In this document: positions 1-8,294 of the stretch, piece by piece | Numbering within the stretch: the stretch's first letter is position 1 | Layout: each line of letters begins with the position of its first letter | Sequence record: OR287805.1 | DNA from: Klebsiella phage SEA1f | Reading direction: 5' to 3' (one strand) | Length of the DNA: 38,946 nt | The notes under the pieces: generated by a model | Seen by the model: only the letters and a program-made list of their open reading frames with translations | Databases searched by the model: none | Told to the model about the DNA's origin: nothing | Program-made: the position numbers and the translations under genes

Positions 1-158
1 CCATAGGCCCTCTTTCAGTCCAGACCAAAGGCCCTACCCCAGTCTATCATAAGGTTGGACAGATGGTCAATACTTCAGGTCAACGATAGGTCTAGGCTAT
101 GGCTGGAGGTCAGGACGATAGGTAGGGACTATGGGTCTTCTCTGAGTCCCTATCTGTA
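1..158 (+). repeat. Distal part of the putative terminal repeat. Continues from 38922..38946 across the window junction and is homologous to the T7 left terminal-repeat region.
   Basis: Window end (tctcacagttcaagaacctcaagtctcccc) plus window start (ccataggccc...) reconstitutes the T7-like left end TCTCACAG...CCCCCATAGGG. Positions 129..158 (tctctgagtccctatctgtata) match the T7 end-of-TR motif TCTCTGTGTCCCTATCTGTTACAG. Confidence 0.6.
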
Positions 159-232
159 TAACCATAAGTCACAACCTACATCTCACAACCATAAGTCACA
201 ACCATAAGTCACAACCATAAGACACCAACACC
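158..232 (+). repeat. Array of short direct repeats (unit about CATAAGTCACAAC, 3 good copies plus degenerate copies), analogous to the repeat array inside the T7 left end.
   Basis: accataagtcacaacc at 161..176; ataagtcacaacc at 191..203 and 204..216; degenerate ataagacaccaacacc at 217..232. Confidence 0.7.
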
Positions 233-504
233 TACAGTCAGAGACCTACGGTTAATAGACACAAGGCTATAGACTTAAAGTCAAAGACATGTTAGTCAAA
301 GACTATATCCTCTTACACCATGGGGCCGATGATAGCTTAATCAATATTATTTCAAATTACCTATTGACTATAGGTCCAGACTATGGCCTAATAGCTTCCG
401 TCAACACGACACGGCAACAACCGGATAGTGAAGACGCCGGGTCATCCCGGTTAAGTAGACAGCCTGATAAGTCATACGAACAACAGGCAGATGGCAGAAA
501 GTAG

Positions 505-540
505 TTGACAAGAAGTAAGACTTAAAGTAGTATGAGTCAC
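505..540 (+). promoter_or_regulatory. Host sigma70 early promoter (T7 A1-like).
   Basis: TTGACA at 505..510, 17-nt spacer, TAGTAT at 528..533. Lies in the non-coding left region upstream of ocr, as in T7. Confidence 0.6.
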
Positions 541-659
541 CAAGCAGTACAGCGAGCCGGAGCTGATAAACTACATCGACTATGCGGAGTGACCAGCGCG
601 AATATCTGGTCTAATGAGTAAGACGGTAGGTTACTACAGCAAGCGAGTTAAGAAAGTGA

Positions 660-695
660 TTGACAAGCTGGTTTGACTGTAGTAACTTATACGAC
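660..695 (+). promoter_or_regulatory. Second host sigma70 early promoter (A2/A3-like), weaker -10.
   Basis: TTGACA at 660..665, 17-nt spacer, TAACTT at 683..688. Confidence 0.4.
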
Positions 696-922
696 AAGCA
701 AGATTAGTGAGTCCCAACACTGAAACGGGATAGCACGGCGACGACAGCCAATGCGAATGCTCTTTAACAATCTGGATAAACTCTTAATGATTGCGCCGAT
801 AGTAGTAGCAGTGATTAACTCAAGAGACTTGCAGGCTACTGCGGGTCAGGCTCTAAGTGAGCGCCTCAGGTCTCTTTCTGATAGTCACTAACATACACAA
901 ACAACTTTGAGAGGATATAACT

Positions 923-1258
923 ATGGAACGTAACGCTAACGCATACTATGAGCTGCTGGCTGCAACTGTTGAAGTATTTAACGAGCGCATTCAGTACGAC
1001 GAAATAACTGAAGGTGATGACTACAGCGATGCGCTGCATGAAGTCGTAGACAATATGGTTCCGCACTATTACCACGAGATTTTCACGGTGATGGCTGCTG
1101 ATGGTATTGACCACGAGTTTGAGGACTCTGGGCTGATGCCTGAGACCAAGGACGTAACGCGTATACTACAGGCTCGCATCTATGAAGCACTGTATAACGA
1201 TGTGTCTAATAGCTCTGATGTGGTCTGGTTCGAGCCTACCGAGGAGGACTGCGAGTGA
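923..1258 (+). CDS. ocr: Ocr, the gene 0.3 DNA-mimic anti-restriction protein (inhibits type I R-M; Ocr is also reported to act on BREX).
   Basis: 111 aa, acidic. Strong identity to T7 gp0.3 motifs (DNMVPHYY...[21 protein letters not shown]) and same position as T7 0.3. Confidence 0.93.
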   Translation: MERNANAYYELLAATVEVFNERIQYDEITEGDDYSDALHEVVDNMVPHYYHEIFTVMAADGIDHEFEDSGLMPETKDVTRILQARIYEALYNDVSNSSDVVWFEPTEEDCE

Positions 1259-1413
1259 TGGTAACTTATGGTCTCTGCCGACATCACGTCACCAACGCCC
1301 GGATTATGGTCAAGACCGGGCAGTTAAACCACGATGCGACTATGCGTCACCTGAAAGCGGTCTATGAGGGCCGCAAGCGTATACACGATAGCTTACACGC
1401 TGAGGATAAGTAA
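1258..1413 (+). CDS. Small early protein, 51 aa. Possible gp0.4-like (FtsZ inhibitor) by size and position.
   Basis: ATG overlaps the ocr TGA (TGATG). GAGGAGG lies 10 nt upstream. Not in the ORF track (<60 aa). Similarity to T7 gp0.4 is only length and a YGL motif. Confidence 0.4.
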   Translation: MVTYGLCRHHVTNARIMVKTGQLNHDATMRHLKAVYEGRKRIHDSLHAEDK

Positions 1414-1414
1414 C

Positions 1415-1540
1415 ATGTACCAGATAACTTATAGCAGTGAACAGGCGTTCTACGATGGGTGCTACGAGATGATGAAGCGCGGGGCTTGCTACGTGGCAAA
1501 TCACCATAGCCTGACAATAACGCTGACAGGTGGGTACTAA
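1415..1540 (+). CDS. Small hypothetical early ORF, 41 aa.
   Basis: ATG 3 nt after the preceding stop. AGGA lies about 8 nt upstream. No recognisable homology. Confidence 0.3.
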   Translation: MYQITYSSEQAFYDGCYEMMKRGACYVANHHSLTITLTGGY

Positions 1541-1591
1541 GTGATAGACGAGAGGTCATCTAACTGATAGGTGGCCTCAAGGATTACCACT

Positions 1592-1703
1592 TGCATTAAT
1601 AGGAGTTAACTATGAGTGTGGGATATTGGGTATGCCTAGCGCCAGTTATCTGGATGATAGGGTATGGGATATACGACTGCATTAATAGGAGTTAACTATG
1701 AGT
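1592..1703 (+). repeat. Two copies of a 26-bp direct repeat, tgcattaataggagttaactatgagt (1592..1617 and 1678..1703). Each contains an RBS (AGGAG) and an ATG AGT start.
   Basis: Exact 26/26 duplication, 86 bp apart. Copy 1 starts a 27-aa hydrophobic ORF (1612..1695); copy 2 starts the 65-aa ORF at 1698. Confidence 0.85.
1612..1695 (+). CDS. 27-aa hydrophobic peptide (MSVGYWVCLAPVIWMIGYGIYDCINRS).
   Basis: Starts from the first copy of the duplicated RBS/start. Stop lies inside the second repeat copy. Confidence 0.3.
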   Translation: MSVGYWVCLAPVIWMIGYGIYDCINRS

Positions 1704-1895
1704 CTTGCACTATTGATAGCCATAGGCTATGGACTTATCGCCTACGTGCTGGTGAGAGACATCAACAAAGCGCGTAAAGTCTACAAATTCAACTATGTAC
1801 GTCTGGGTCGCTGGACTGTACGTCAACCTAACGGACGATTCATGCGCAATTTAGCGAACGTCTGGGATATAGCAACACTTGGGAGCAAACTGTAA
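1698..1895 (+). CDS. Small early membrane protein, 65 aa, N-terminal TM helix. Occupies the 0.5/0.6 position.
   Basis: RBS aggag 8 nt upstream. Hydrophobic N-terminus LALLIAIGYGLIAYVLV. Confidence 0.55.
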   Translation: MSLALLIAIGYGLIAYVLVRDINKARKVYKFNYVRLGRWTVRQPNGRFMRNLANVWDIATLGSKL

Positions 1896-2293
1896 TGAAT
1901 ATGTCAAATCTGGTACACGCAATGGACTCAATCATATCGCTTCGCACATTCACTGATACGAACGGCGTAGAGTGGAAGTCCGTCGGCACGGACTCTCGCG
2001 GTCGCAACTACTGGGAGAAGACCGGGAACAAGACCGCTTATGTGCATCGACACTCGTCACACACCGCACGTCAACAGCAGGAGCGTGACCGTGTACTACA
2101 GGCACGACTCCGGGCAGAGGGCCATAAGTCTGAGCTGATGTGTCTGGCGTATGGCGGACGACCAATCACCGACGATGGTAAACTTCTGGTCTCAGGCTGG
2201 AAGGCGATAGACCAACGGTCAACCATTAAGCACACGACCCATGGTGACTTCAGCCATCTTCACGCTAACCCACTGATATGCAAGTGTTTCTGA
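1895..2293 (+). CDS. Hypothetical early protein, 132 aa. Sits where T7 has the gene 0.7 kinase, but has no kinase motifs.
   Basis: TAATG coupling to the upstream ORF. GGAG lies 8 nt upstream. No similarity to T7 gp0.7 recognised. Confidence 0.6.
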   Translation: MNMSNLVHAMDSIISLRTFTDTNGVEWKSVGTDSRGRNYWEKTGNKTAYVHRHSSHTARQQQERDRVLQARLRAEGHKSELMCLAYGGRPITDDGKLLVSGWKAIDQRSTIKHTTHGDFSHLHANPLICKCF

Positions 2294-2315
2294 CTTAACT
2301 ATCACTATAGGACTC
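2293..2315 (+). promoter_or_regulatory. Phage RNAP promoter (-17 to +6), +1 G at 2310.
   Basis: cttaactatcactataggactca, upstream of gene 1. Confidence 0.8.
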
Positions 2316-2384
2316 AAGGTCTAAGACTCCAAGTGAAAGACCAGAGAGACTTTAAGTGAAAGACTAATAACAAGGACTTTAAGT

Positions 2385-5066
2385 ATGAGCGTCATCTCTA
2401 TTGACAAACACGACTTCTCTGATGTGTCGAACGCCATTGAGCCGTTTAACCTGCTGGCTGACCACTACGGGCAAGACCTTGCAGTCAAACAGCTTCAGCT
2501 TGAGCATGAGGCATACACTGAAGGCGAGCGACGTTTCATCAAGAACCTTGAGCGACAGACTGAGCGCGGGGAACTGGCAGACAATCAGGTCGCCAAGCCT
2601 TTGATGCAGACTCTGGTTCCTAAGATTGCGCAAGCAGTCAGGGAGTGGCATGAAGGTCCAGACGGGAAGCTGTCAACCTCTCGTCCGAGCGTAGCGTTCA
2701 CCATGTTGAGCACTGAAGAGAAGGCCGTTAAAGACCGCTCTATGCGCATCTCCTGCGCATCTGCTGCGGTTATCATACTGAAGGTCGTCCTCTCCAAGCT
2801 GGTCAAGCCTGAAGGGATACCGATTACACCGTTGGCCTCCGCGATAGGTCGCACACTTGAGGATGAAATCCGCTTCGGTCGCATTCGTGACAAGGAGAAG
2901 GAGCACTTCAAGAAGGCGATAGCTGAGAACCTGAACAAGCGAGCCGGGGCATCGTACAAGAAAGCCTACATGCAAGCGGTCGAGACATCCATGCTGGAGC
3001 AAGGCCAACTGGAAGATGCGTGGGGAACTTGGAGTCCGACCGAGGCTGTCCACGTTGGCATCAAGATGCTTGAGATTGTCATACAGTCAACACAACTGGT
3101 CGAGCTTAAGCGTTATGGTGCTGGCAATGCAGCGGCTGACGTTGAGATGGTCCACCTGTCAGACTTCTGGGTCAAGAAGATGGCACAACGCGGCTTCAGC
3201 CTTGCTGGTATCGCTCCAGTCTACCAGCCTTGCGTCGTTCCCCCTAAGCCGTGGACTGGTGTCGTAGGCGGTGGGTACTGGGCCAAAGGTCGCAGACCAT
3301 TACCCTTGATTCGCTTAGGGTCTAAGTCTGCGGTGGCGCGTTACGAAGACGTGTACATGCCTGAAGTCTATGACGCTGTGAATATCATCCAGAATACACC
3401 TTGGAAAGTTAACAAGAAGGTGCTGGAAGTGGTGAACATGGTCGAGAAGCTGAACAACACGCCTATTGATGACATCCCTCAGATGGAACCACTGAAGCCT
3501 GAGGACTATGCGGGTGAGACCGAGGAGGAACTCAAGGCATGGAAGAAAGCGGCTGCGGGTATCTACCGCCGAGAGAAGGCCCGGCAGTCTCGTAGATTGT
3601 CACTGAGCTTTATCGTTAACCAAGCGAACAAGTTCTCTCAGTTCAAGGCCATCTGGTTCCCGTACAACATGGACTGGCGCGGTCGCGTCTACGCTGTGCC
3701 GATGTTCAACCCTCAGGGTAACGACATGCAAAAGGGTCTCCTGACTCTGGCAGTCGGTAAGCCTATTGGTGCTGATGGTTTCAAATGGCTGAAGGTCCAC
3801 GGTGCAAACTGTGCGGGTGTCGATAAAGTCACCTTCGAGGAGCGCATCAAGTGGGTGGAAGACAACCACGACAACATCATGGCTGCTACTAAGGCACCGA
3901 TGGACAGCATTGAGTGGTGGGGCAAGTTAGACTCTCCGTTCTGCTTCCTAGCGTTCTGCTTCGAGTATGCTGGCGTAATGCACCACGGTTTGTCTTACTC
4001 CTGCTCACTGCCAATAGCGTTCGATGGGTCCTGCTCTGGAATTCAGCACTTCAGCGCGATGCTTCGTGACCACATCGGTGGACATGCAGTAAACCTGACG
4101 CCTTCCGGTAAGGTCCAAGACATCTACCGCATCGTGTCTGACCGCATTGAGGAGGAGCTTAAAGTCCTGCTGGTTAACGGCACGGACAACGAGATGGTGA
4201 CTCACGAGGACAAGAAAACTGGTGAGATTACCGAACGTCTCAAGCTGGGGACACGAGAGCTGGCCCGGCAGTGGCTGACTTACGGTATGTCACGCAAGGT
4301 TACTAAGCGTTCAGTCATGACTCTGGCCTATGGGTCGAAAGAGTATGGCTTCGCGGACCAAGTATACGAGGACATCGTGATGCCAGCGATTGACTCAGGG
4401 TCAGGCGCTATGTTCACCGAACCAAGCCAAGCGTCCCGCTTCATGGCTAAGATGATTTGGGAAGCTGTGAGTGTGACCGTAGTTGCTGCGGTAGACGCTA
4501 TGAAGTGGCTTCAAGGCGCTGCCAAGCTGCTGGCTGCTGAAGTGAAAGACAAGAAGACTGGCGAAATCCTGAAGCCTTGCCTTCCGGTACACTGGGTCAC
4601 ACCTGATGGGTTCCCGGTCTGGCAGGAATACCGCAAGAAGGATACCACTCGTCTGAACCTGATGTTCTTAGGGTCATTCAACCTTCAACCTACGGTCAAC
4701 AAGGGCACGAAGAAAGAGCTGGACAAGCACAAGCAGGAGTCAGGCATTAGCCCGAACTTCGTCCACTCACAAGATGGTAGCCACCTACGCAAGACTGTAG
4801 TCCACACTCATCGCAAGTATGGCGTGATGTCATTCGCAGTGATTCACGATAGCTTCGGAACCATCCCGGCTGACGCTGAGTATCTGTTCCGGGGTGTCCG
4901 TGAGACGATGGTCGAGACCTACCGCGACAACGATGTGCTGCTTGACTTCTACGAGCAGTTTGAATACCAACTTCATGAGAGCCAGCGCGACAAGTTGCCT
5001 GAGCTTCCGAAGAAAGGTAAACTGAATATCGAGGACATCTTGTCTTCAGACTTTGCATTCGCTTAA
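2385..5066 (+). CDS. Single-subunit DNA-dependent RNA polymerase (gene 1).
   Basis: 893 aa. Collinear with T7 RNAP (883 aa): DFSD, PFN.LADHYG, AIWFPYNMDWRGRVYAV, HGANCAGVDK, FDGSCSGIQHFSAML, TLAYGSKE, PNFVHSQDGSHLR, IHDSFGT, C-terminal FAFA. Specificity loop reads NLQPTVNKGTKKELDKHKQESG, against T7 RLQPTINTNKDSEIDAHKQESG. Confidence 0.97.
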   Translation: MSVISIDKHDFSDVSNAIEPFNLLADHYGQDLAVKQLQLEHEAYTEGERRFIKNLERQTERGELADNQVAKPLMQTLVPKIAQAVREWHEGPDGKLSTSRPSVAFTMLSTEEKAVKDRSMRISCASAAVIILKVVLSKLVKPEGIPITPLASAIGRTLEDEIRFGRIRDKEKEHFKKAIAENLNKRAGASYKKAYMQAVETSMLEQGQLEDAWGTWSPTEAVHVGIKMLEIVIQSTQLVELKRYGAGNAAADVEMVHLSDFWVKKMAQRGFSLAGIAPVYQPCVVPPKPWTGVVGGGYWAKGRRPLPLIRLGSKSAVARYEDVYMPEVYDAVNIIQNTPWKVNKKVLEVVNMVEKLNNTPIDDIPQMEPLKPEDYAGETEEELKAWKKAAAGIYRREKARQSRRLSLSFIVNQANKFSQFKAIWFPYNMDWRGRVYAVPMFNPQGNDMQKGLLTLAVGKPIGADGFKWLKVHGANCAGVDKVTFEERIKWVEDNHDNIMAATKAPMDSIEWWGKLDSPFCFLAFCFEYAGVMHHGLSYSCSLPIAFDGSCSGIQHFSAMLRDHIGGHAVNLTPSGKVQDIYRIVSDRIEEELKVLLVNGTDNEMVTHEDKKTGEITERLKLGTRELARQWLTYGMSRKVTKRSVMTLAYGSKEYGFADQVYEDIVMPAIDSGSGAMFTEPSQASRFMAKMIWEAVSVTVVAAVDAMKWLQGAAKLLAAEVKDKKTGEILKPCLPVHWVTPDGFPVWQEYRKKDTTRLNLMFLGSFNLQPTVNKGTKKELDKHKQESGISPNFVHSQDGSHLRKTVVHTHRKYGVMSFAVIHDSFGTIPADAEYLFRGVRETMVETYRDNDVLLDFYEQFEYQLHESQRDKLPELPKKGKLNIEDILSSDFAFA

Positions 5067-5078
5067 TAGGAGAGAGTT

Positions 5079-5294
5079 ATGAAATTCGCGCACAAGCAGA
5101 CGGGCGTTAATGGTGGGACTCAAATCGTGACCGTAACGGAACACAACGGCAAGGGTCTGGTGAAGACCACTGTCATCCCAACTAAGATGCCCAAGCAGCT
5201 CAACATTCCGTTCAAGACTCTTGTATATCTGGTCGAGTCCAGCCACGAGAAGTACCTGAAGGACGCAGTGTCCAAGCTGGAGCAGACCAAATGA
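5079..5294 (+). CDS. Hypothetical early protein, 71 aa.
   Basis: Strong RBS taggagagagtt-ATG directly after gene 1. No T7 counterpart at this position. Confidence 0.55.
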   Translation: MKFAHKQTGVNGGTQIVTVTEHNGKGLVKTTVIPTKMPKQLNIPFKTLVYLVESSHEKYLKDAVSKLEQTK

Positions 5295-5372
5295 CAGACC
5301 TACAGTTACTGGCCTTGTGGCTAGGAGCACTCGCAGTATTCACTTTAATCCAACGAAGAAGAGGTTAACCCT

Positions 5373-5843
5373 ATGTTCGGTAAGTCCAAACTTAAATCAC
5401 GAATCAAAGAGTTGAACATGAAGGTGGCATACTTGGAGCGAGTCGTAACGGTCAGGGATAAAGACAACGAGAGACTGAAGGTTAAACTTGCTGAATCAGA
5501 GCGTAAGCGCCTAACGCCACCACCGGCTGTAACTGTCAAGCGTATGGTAGGCATCAGGTTCAAGGCACTGTTCAACGGTCTGTACCAACCGACTGAGTTC
5601 AAGACAGGGCCGGGTAGCTGTGGGAAGACAGTGACGCACTTCACCGTATCGAAGACTGAACGCACCATTACCATCCACCAGCACCACGTAGACGGGTCTC
5701 AGAAAGACTTTGAGTACCGACTGAGCGACATCGACGGTCGCATCCAGTATGACTACGAGCTGGTTAAGGTCTACGGAAAAGAGGCCGAACGTGAGCGAGC
5801 GCTTCAGGCATTCATGCAGGTAAGGCCGCGCATCGTCTTCTAA
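5373..5843 (+). CDS. Hypothetical early protein, 156 aa. Predicted N-terminal coiled coil; basic.
   Basis: RBS gaagaggt lies 8 nt upstream. Its stop overlaps the next promoter. No homolog recognised. Confidence 0.6.
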   Translation: MFGKSKLKSRIKELNMKVAYLERVVTVRDKDNERLKVKLAESERKRLTPPPAVTVKRMVGIRFKALFNGLYQPTEFKTGPGSCGKTVTHFTVSKTERTITIHQHHVDGSQKDFEYRLSDIDGRIQYDYELVKVYGKEAERERALQAFMQVRPRIVF

Positions 5844-5861
5844 ACTATCACTATAGGATTA
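5839..5861 (+). promoter_or_regulatory. Phage RNAP promoter (phi1.1-like), +1 G at 5856.
   Basis: tctaaactatcactataggatta. Confidence 0.8.
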
Positions 5862-5905
5862 GACTCAAGGTCATGACTCAAAGTCGTGGCCTTCATGATT
5901 AACCC
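5859..5905 (+). promoter_or_regulatory. Conserved hairpin element, copy 1 of 3. Candidate RNase III processing site (R1.1 analogue).
   Basis: ttagactcaaggtcat-N-gtggccttcatgattaaccc. An 8-bp stem forms between aaggtcat and gtggcctt (two G-U pairs). Same motif at 12992..13036 and 35917..35965. Confidence 0.5.
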
Positions 5906-5934
5906 TAAATAAACACTACTGGAGATTTAACCGT

Positions 5935-6114
5935 ATGTATCAGAACACTATCAACTTCGAGCGCATCCGTGAACGTCAGCAGACTGAAGGTTACATTCCG
6001 AAGGGCCGCAAGCTGAACAAGACTAAACGTGGTGGGGGTATCAAAGGCGCTTTCCGAAACGCTGAAGGAAAAGACTCTCTGGTCAACCAAGAGAAATACT
6101 TCGTAGGAGTGTAA
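5935..6114 (+). CDS. gp1.1-like small basic protein, 59 aa.
   Basis: Not in the ORF track (<60 aa). Contains KGRKLNKTKR, identical to the T7 gp1.1 motif. RBS GGAG lies 10 nt upstream. Confidence 0.75.
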   Translation: MYQNTINFERIRERQQTEGYIPKGRKLNKTKRGGGIKGAFRNAEGKDSLVNQEKYFVGV

Positions 6115-6118
6115 TCAA

Positions 6119-6382
6119 ATGGGCCGACTCTATAGTGGCAACCTCAACGCTTTCAGAGCAGCATGTAACAGGCTTTATCAGTTAGACTTCGCTGTTATAT
6201 CTCAGGAGTTTCAAGACCATGTGTCACGCCAAGAGTGCATGAAACTCAGGGTGGAGGACCGAGCCGGTAACATCTTCGCGCTTGAGACCTTCGCACACTA
6301 TGATGAAGACGTTCTGTATAATACTGCAACCGACTACCTCAACGGTCTCGCTGACCAACTCGACACATGGAGCAAAGCATAA
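6119..6382 (+). CDS. gp1.2, inhibitor of host dGTP triphosphohydrolase (Dgt).
   Basis: 87 aa. MGRLYSGNL..F.AA.N.L.QLD.AVI N-terminus nearly identical to T7 gp1.2. Confidence 0.88.
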   Translation: MGRLYSGNLNAFRAACNRLYQLDFAVISQEFQDHVSRQECMKLRVEDRAGNIFALETFAHYDEDVLYNTATDYLNGLADQLDTWSKA

Positions 6383-7476
6383 TGACAACTATTAAAACCA
6401 ACCCGCACCGCGCTGTAGATTACTCTGAGTCAGGCATTAAGAAGGCACTGGAAGCAGCCGGGTCTCTGGAAGCTGAGGTGAAGTACGATGGTGTGCGCCT
6501 GAATCTCCCTGTCTTCCCTACTGGTGAGACTCAATGGTTGAGCCGTGAGTCTAAACCTCTCCCAGCACTTGAGTGGCTGTCAGTCCTTACCCACATTGAC
6601 AACATCGTCGAGGACCAGCAAAAAGCTAGCGACTGGCGGTGGTTCCTTAAGCAGGCTGGCTACGAAGGCATGGGATTAATGATTGATGGTGAGGTCATGG
6701 TACCTGCAACCGACTTCAACACTTCCTCAGGTCTAATCCGTACCATGTGGTCAGACACTAAGAACTACGCTTGGAATGGCAACCCCGATGCTGACATCGA
6801 TACCAAGAAGAAGCATAAGGTCCCTTTCCATCTGGCAACCGACCACATCCGCGTGGTTGTCTACGGTATCGTGGACCTCAACGTCATCACCGACCCGAAA
6901 GCCGAAGGTCCTATCCATAGCGTAACCCGCCTGAAGGCCGAAGCTATAGTCCCTCTCCTCCAGAAACACTTCCCTGAAATCGACTGGGTTTTGGCTGAGT
7001 CACACACGGTCTATGACCTTGAGTCGCTCAACTCCCTGTACGAAGAGAAGCGTCTGGAAGGACATGAGGGTCTGGTAGTCAAGGACCCACTGGGTAAATA
7101 CAAGCGTGGCAAGAAGTCAGGCATGTGGAAGATGAAGCCGGAGGAGACCATAGACGGAACTGTATGCGGTCTAGTGTGGGGGACTCAAGGTAAGGCTAAC
7201 GAAGGTAAGGTCATTGGCTTCGAGGTTCTGCTTGAGGATGGCATGGTGGTTAATGCCTGTGGCCTGACTGAAGAACAGAAGGATGAGTTCACCAAACGTG
7301 TGAAAGACTACACGACCGAGTGTAATGCTAACGAAGCTGGGTGCTGGTACATGAACCCATACGAAGGATGGCAGTGCGAAGTTCTCTTCATGGAGCGGTT
7401 CCCTGATGGCTCCCTTCGTCATCCCAGCTTCAAGTGCTGGCGTGGAACGGAAGACAATCCAACCGTTAAGAGCTAA
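6382..7476 (+). CDS. ATP-dependent DNA ligase (gene 1.3).
   Basis: Homologous to T7 ligase throughout (IKTNP, KYDGVR adenylation motif K, EGHEGLVVKDP, KRGKKSGMWKMKPE, GSLRHPSF). Start is chosen at the second ATG (6382, TAATG with 1.2); the ORF track begins at 6367. Confidence 0.93.
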   Translation: MTTIKTNPHRAVDYSESGIKKALEAAGSLEAEVKYDGVRLNLPVFPTGETQWLSRESKPLPALEWLSVLTHIDNIVEDQQKASDWRWFLKQAGYEGMGLMIDGEVMVPATDFNTSSGLIRTMWSDTKNYAWNGNPDADIDTKKKHKVPFHLATDHIRVVVYGIVDLNVITDPKAEGPIHSVTRLKAEAIVPLLQKHFPEIDWVLAESHTVYDLESLNSLYEEKRLEGHEGLVVKDPLGKYKRGKKSGMWKMKPEETIDGTVCGLVWGTQGKANEGKVIGFEVLLEDGMVVNACGLTEEQKDEFTKRVKDYTTECNANEAGCWYMNPYEGWQCEVLFMERFPDGSLRHPSFKCWRGTEDNPTVKS

Positions 7477-7485
7477 CTAAACGTC

Positions 7486-7524
7486 AACCCAGTGGTCTTC
7501 GGACTGCTGGGTTTCTTTGCGTTT
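7486..7524 (+). terminator. Early (TE-like) rho-independent terminator after the ligase gene.
   Basis: Hairpin cccagtggtc-TTCG-gactgctggg (UUCG tetraloop) followed by tttctttgcgttt. Confidence 0.7.
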
Positions 7525-7540
7525 GGGGAGCCAGCCTGAC

Positions 7541-7563
7541 CCTAAGCTATCACTATAGGACAA
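7541..7563 (+). promoter_or_regulatory. Phage RNAP promoter, +1 G at 7558.
   Basis: cctaagctatcactataggacaa. Confidence 0.75.
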
Positions 7564-7591
7564 CCATAACTTCGACCTAAGGAGGCCGACC

Positions 7592-7852
7592 ATGTTTAAG
7601 AACTTAATGTTCAACCGTTATTCCAATACCTTCCACCTGTCCCACAACCCGTTCGCTTGCATTAAGCGTAACGAGAAGCTGGGATACTTCGGGAAGGCCG
7701 TTAAGCTGTCACCTACAGTCTACGCTCTGATTACTCCTGGCAAAGCTGAAGAGGCTCGCCAGAAGCGTGAGACCAACGTACCTGTGGTCTACACTAAGTG
7801 GCCTCGCGTTCGTCTGTTCGTTGAGCTCGTGAAGGAGGTGGTCAATGATTAA
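7592..7852 (+). CDS. gp1.6-like protein.
   Basis: 86 aa. Pattern similarity to T7 gp1.6 (MF..........N. and ..P.VRLF.EL.KEV C-terminus). RBS aaggagg. Confidence 0.65.
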   Translation: MFKNLMFNRYSNTFHLSHNPFACIKRNEKLGYFGKAVKLSPTVYALITPGKAEEARQKRETNVPVVYTKWPRVRLFVELVKEVVND

Positions 7853-8294
7853 CCATAAACCAACTGCTGCCCAAGAACTTCTGGAACTTAACTTTAACGT
7901 AAGAGACGAAGCTAGCTGCGGTAAGGGGATAATCTGCAAGGGACTATCATGTGATCAATGTCCAATGGTAGGTCAGGTGTCAGGTGATGGAGAGTACAAG
8001 ACCCTTCGTGACTTACGGGCCTCTGTGGGAACAGTGGGAACGTGCAGTGAAGACGATGGTGTACGCAAGCCTCCCCACTATCAGGTCTTTGACGGTGTGG
8101 AATCCATTGAGGTTATCGCTCGGTCTATGACTGTCAGCGAGTTCCGTGGTTTCTGCATGGGTAACGTCCTGAAGTATCGACTACGAGCTGGTAAGAAGTC
8201 AGAGCTGGCAACTATGGAGAAGGACCTGAACAAAGCGGCCTTCTATCAGGAGCTGTTCGACCTACATAAAGGTAAGTGCTATGCTGCCGAGTGA
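7845..8294 (+). CDS. gp1.7 nucleotide kinase (N-terminally shorter than T7).
   Basis: C-terminal half matches T7 gp1.7 (IEVIARSMTV..F.G.C.GN.LKYRLRAGKKSELA..EKDL.KA.FY.ELF..HK.KCYA). Confidence 0.85.
   Translation: MINHKPTAAQELLELNFNVRDEASCGKGIICKGLSCDQCPMVGQVSGDGEYKTLRDLRASVGTVGTCSEDDGVRKPPHYQVFDGVESIEVIARSMTVSEFRGFCMGNVLKYRLRAGKKSELATMEKDLNKAAFYQELFDLHKGKCYAAE

Noticed and set aside
289-504. 71-aa ORF in the left non-coding region
   Set aside because: It lies in the region homologous to the T7 A-promoter / left-end non-coding DNA, has no RBS, and ends exactly at the -35 element of the A1-like promoter. Most likely spurious.
1182-1367. 61-aa ORF overlapping the ocr 3' end
   Set aside because: It is out of frame inside ocr and has no RBS. 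The coupled 1258..1413 ORF explains this stretch better.
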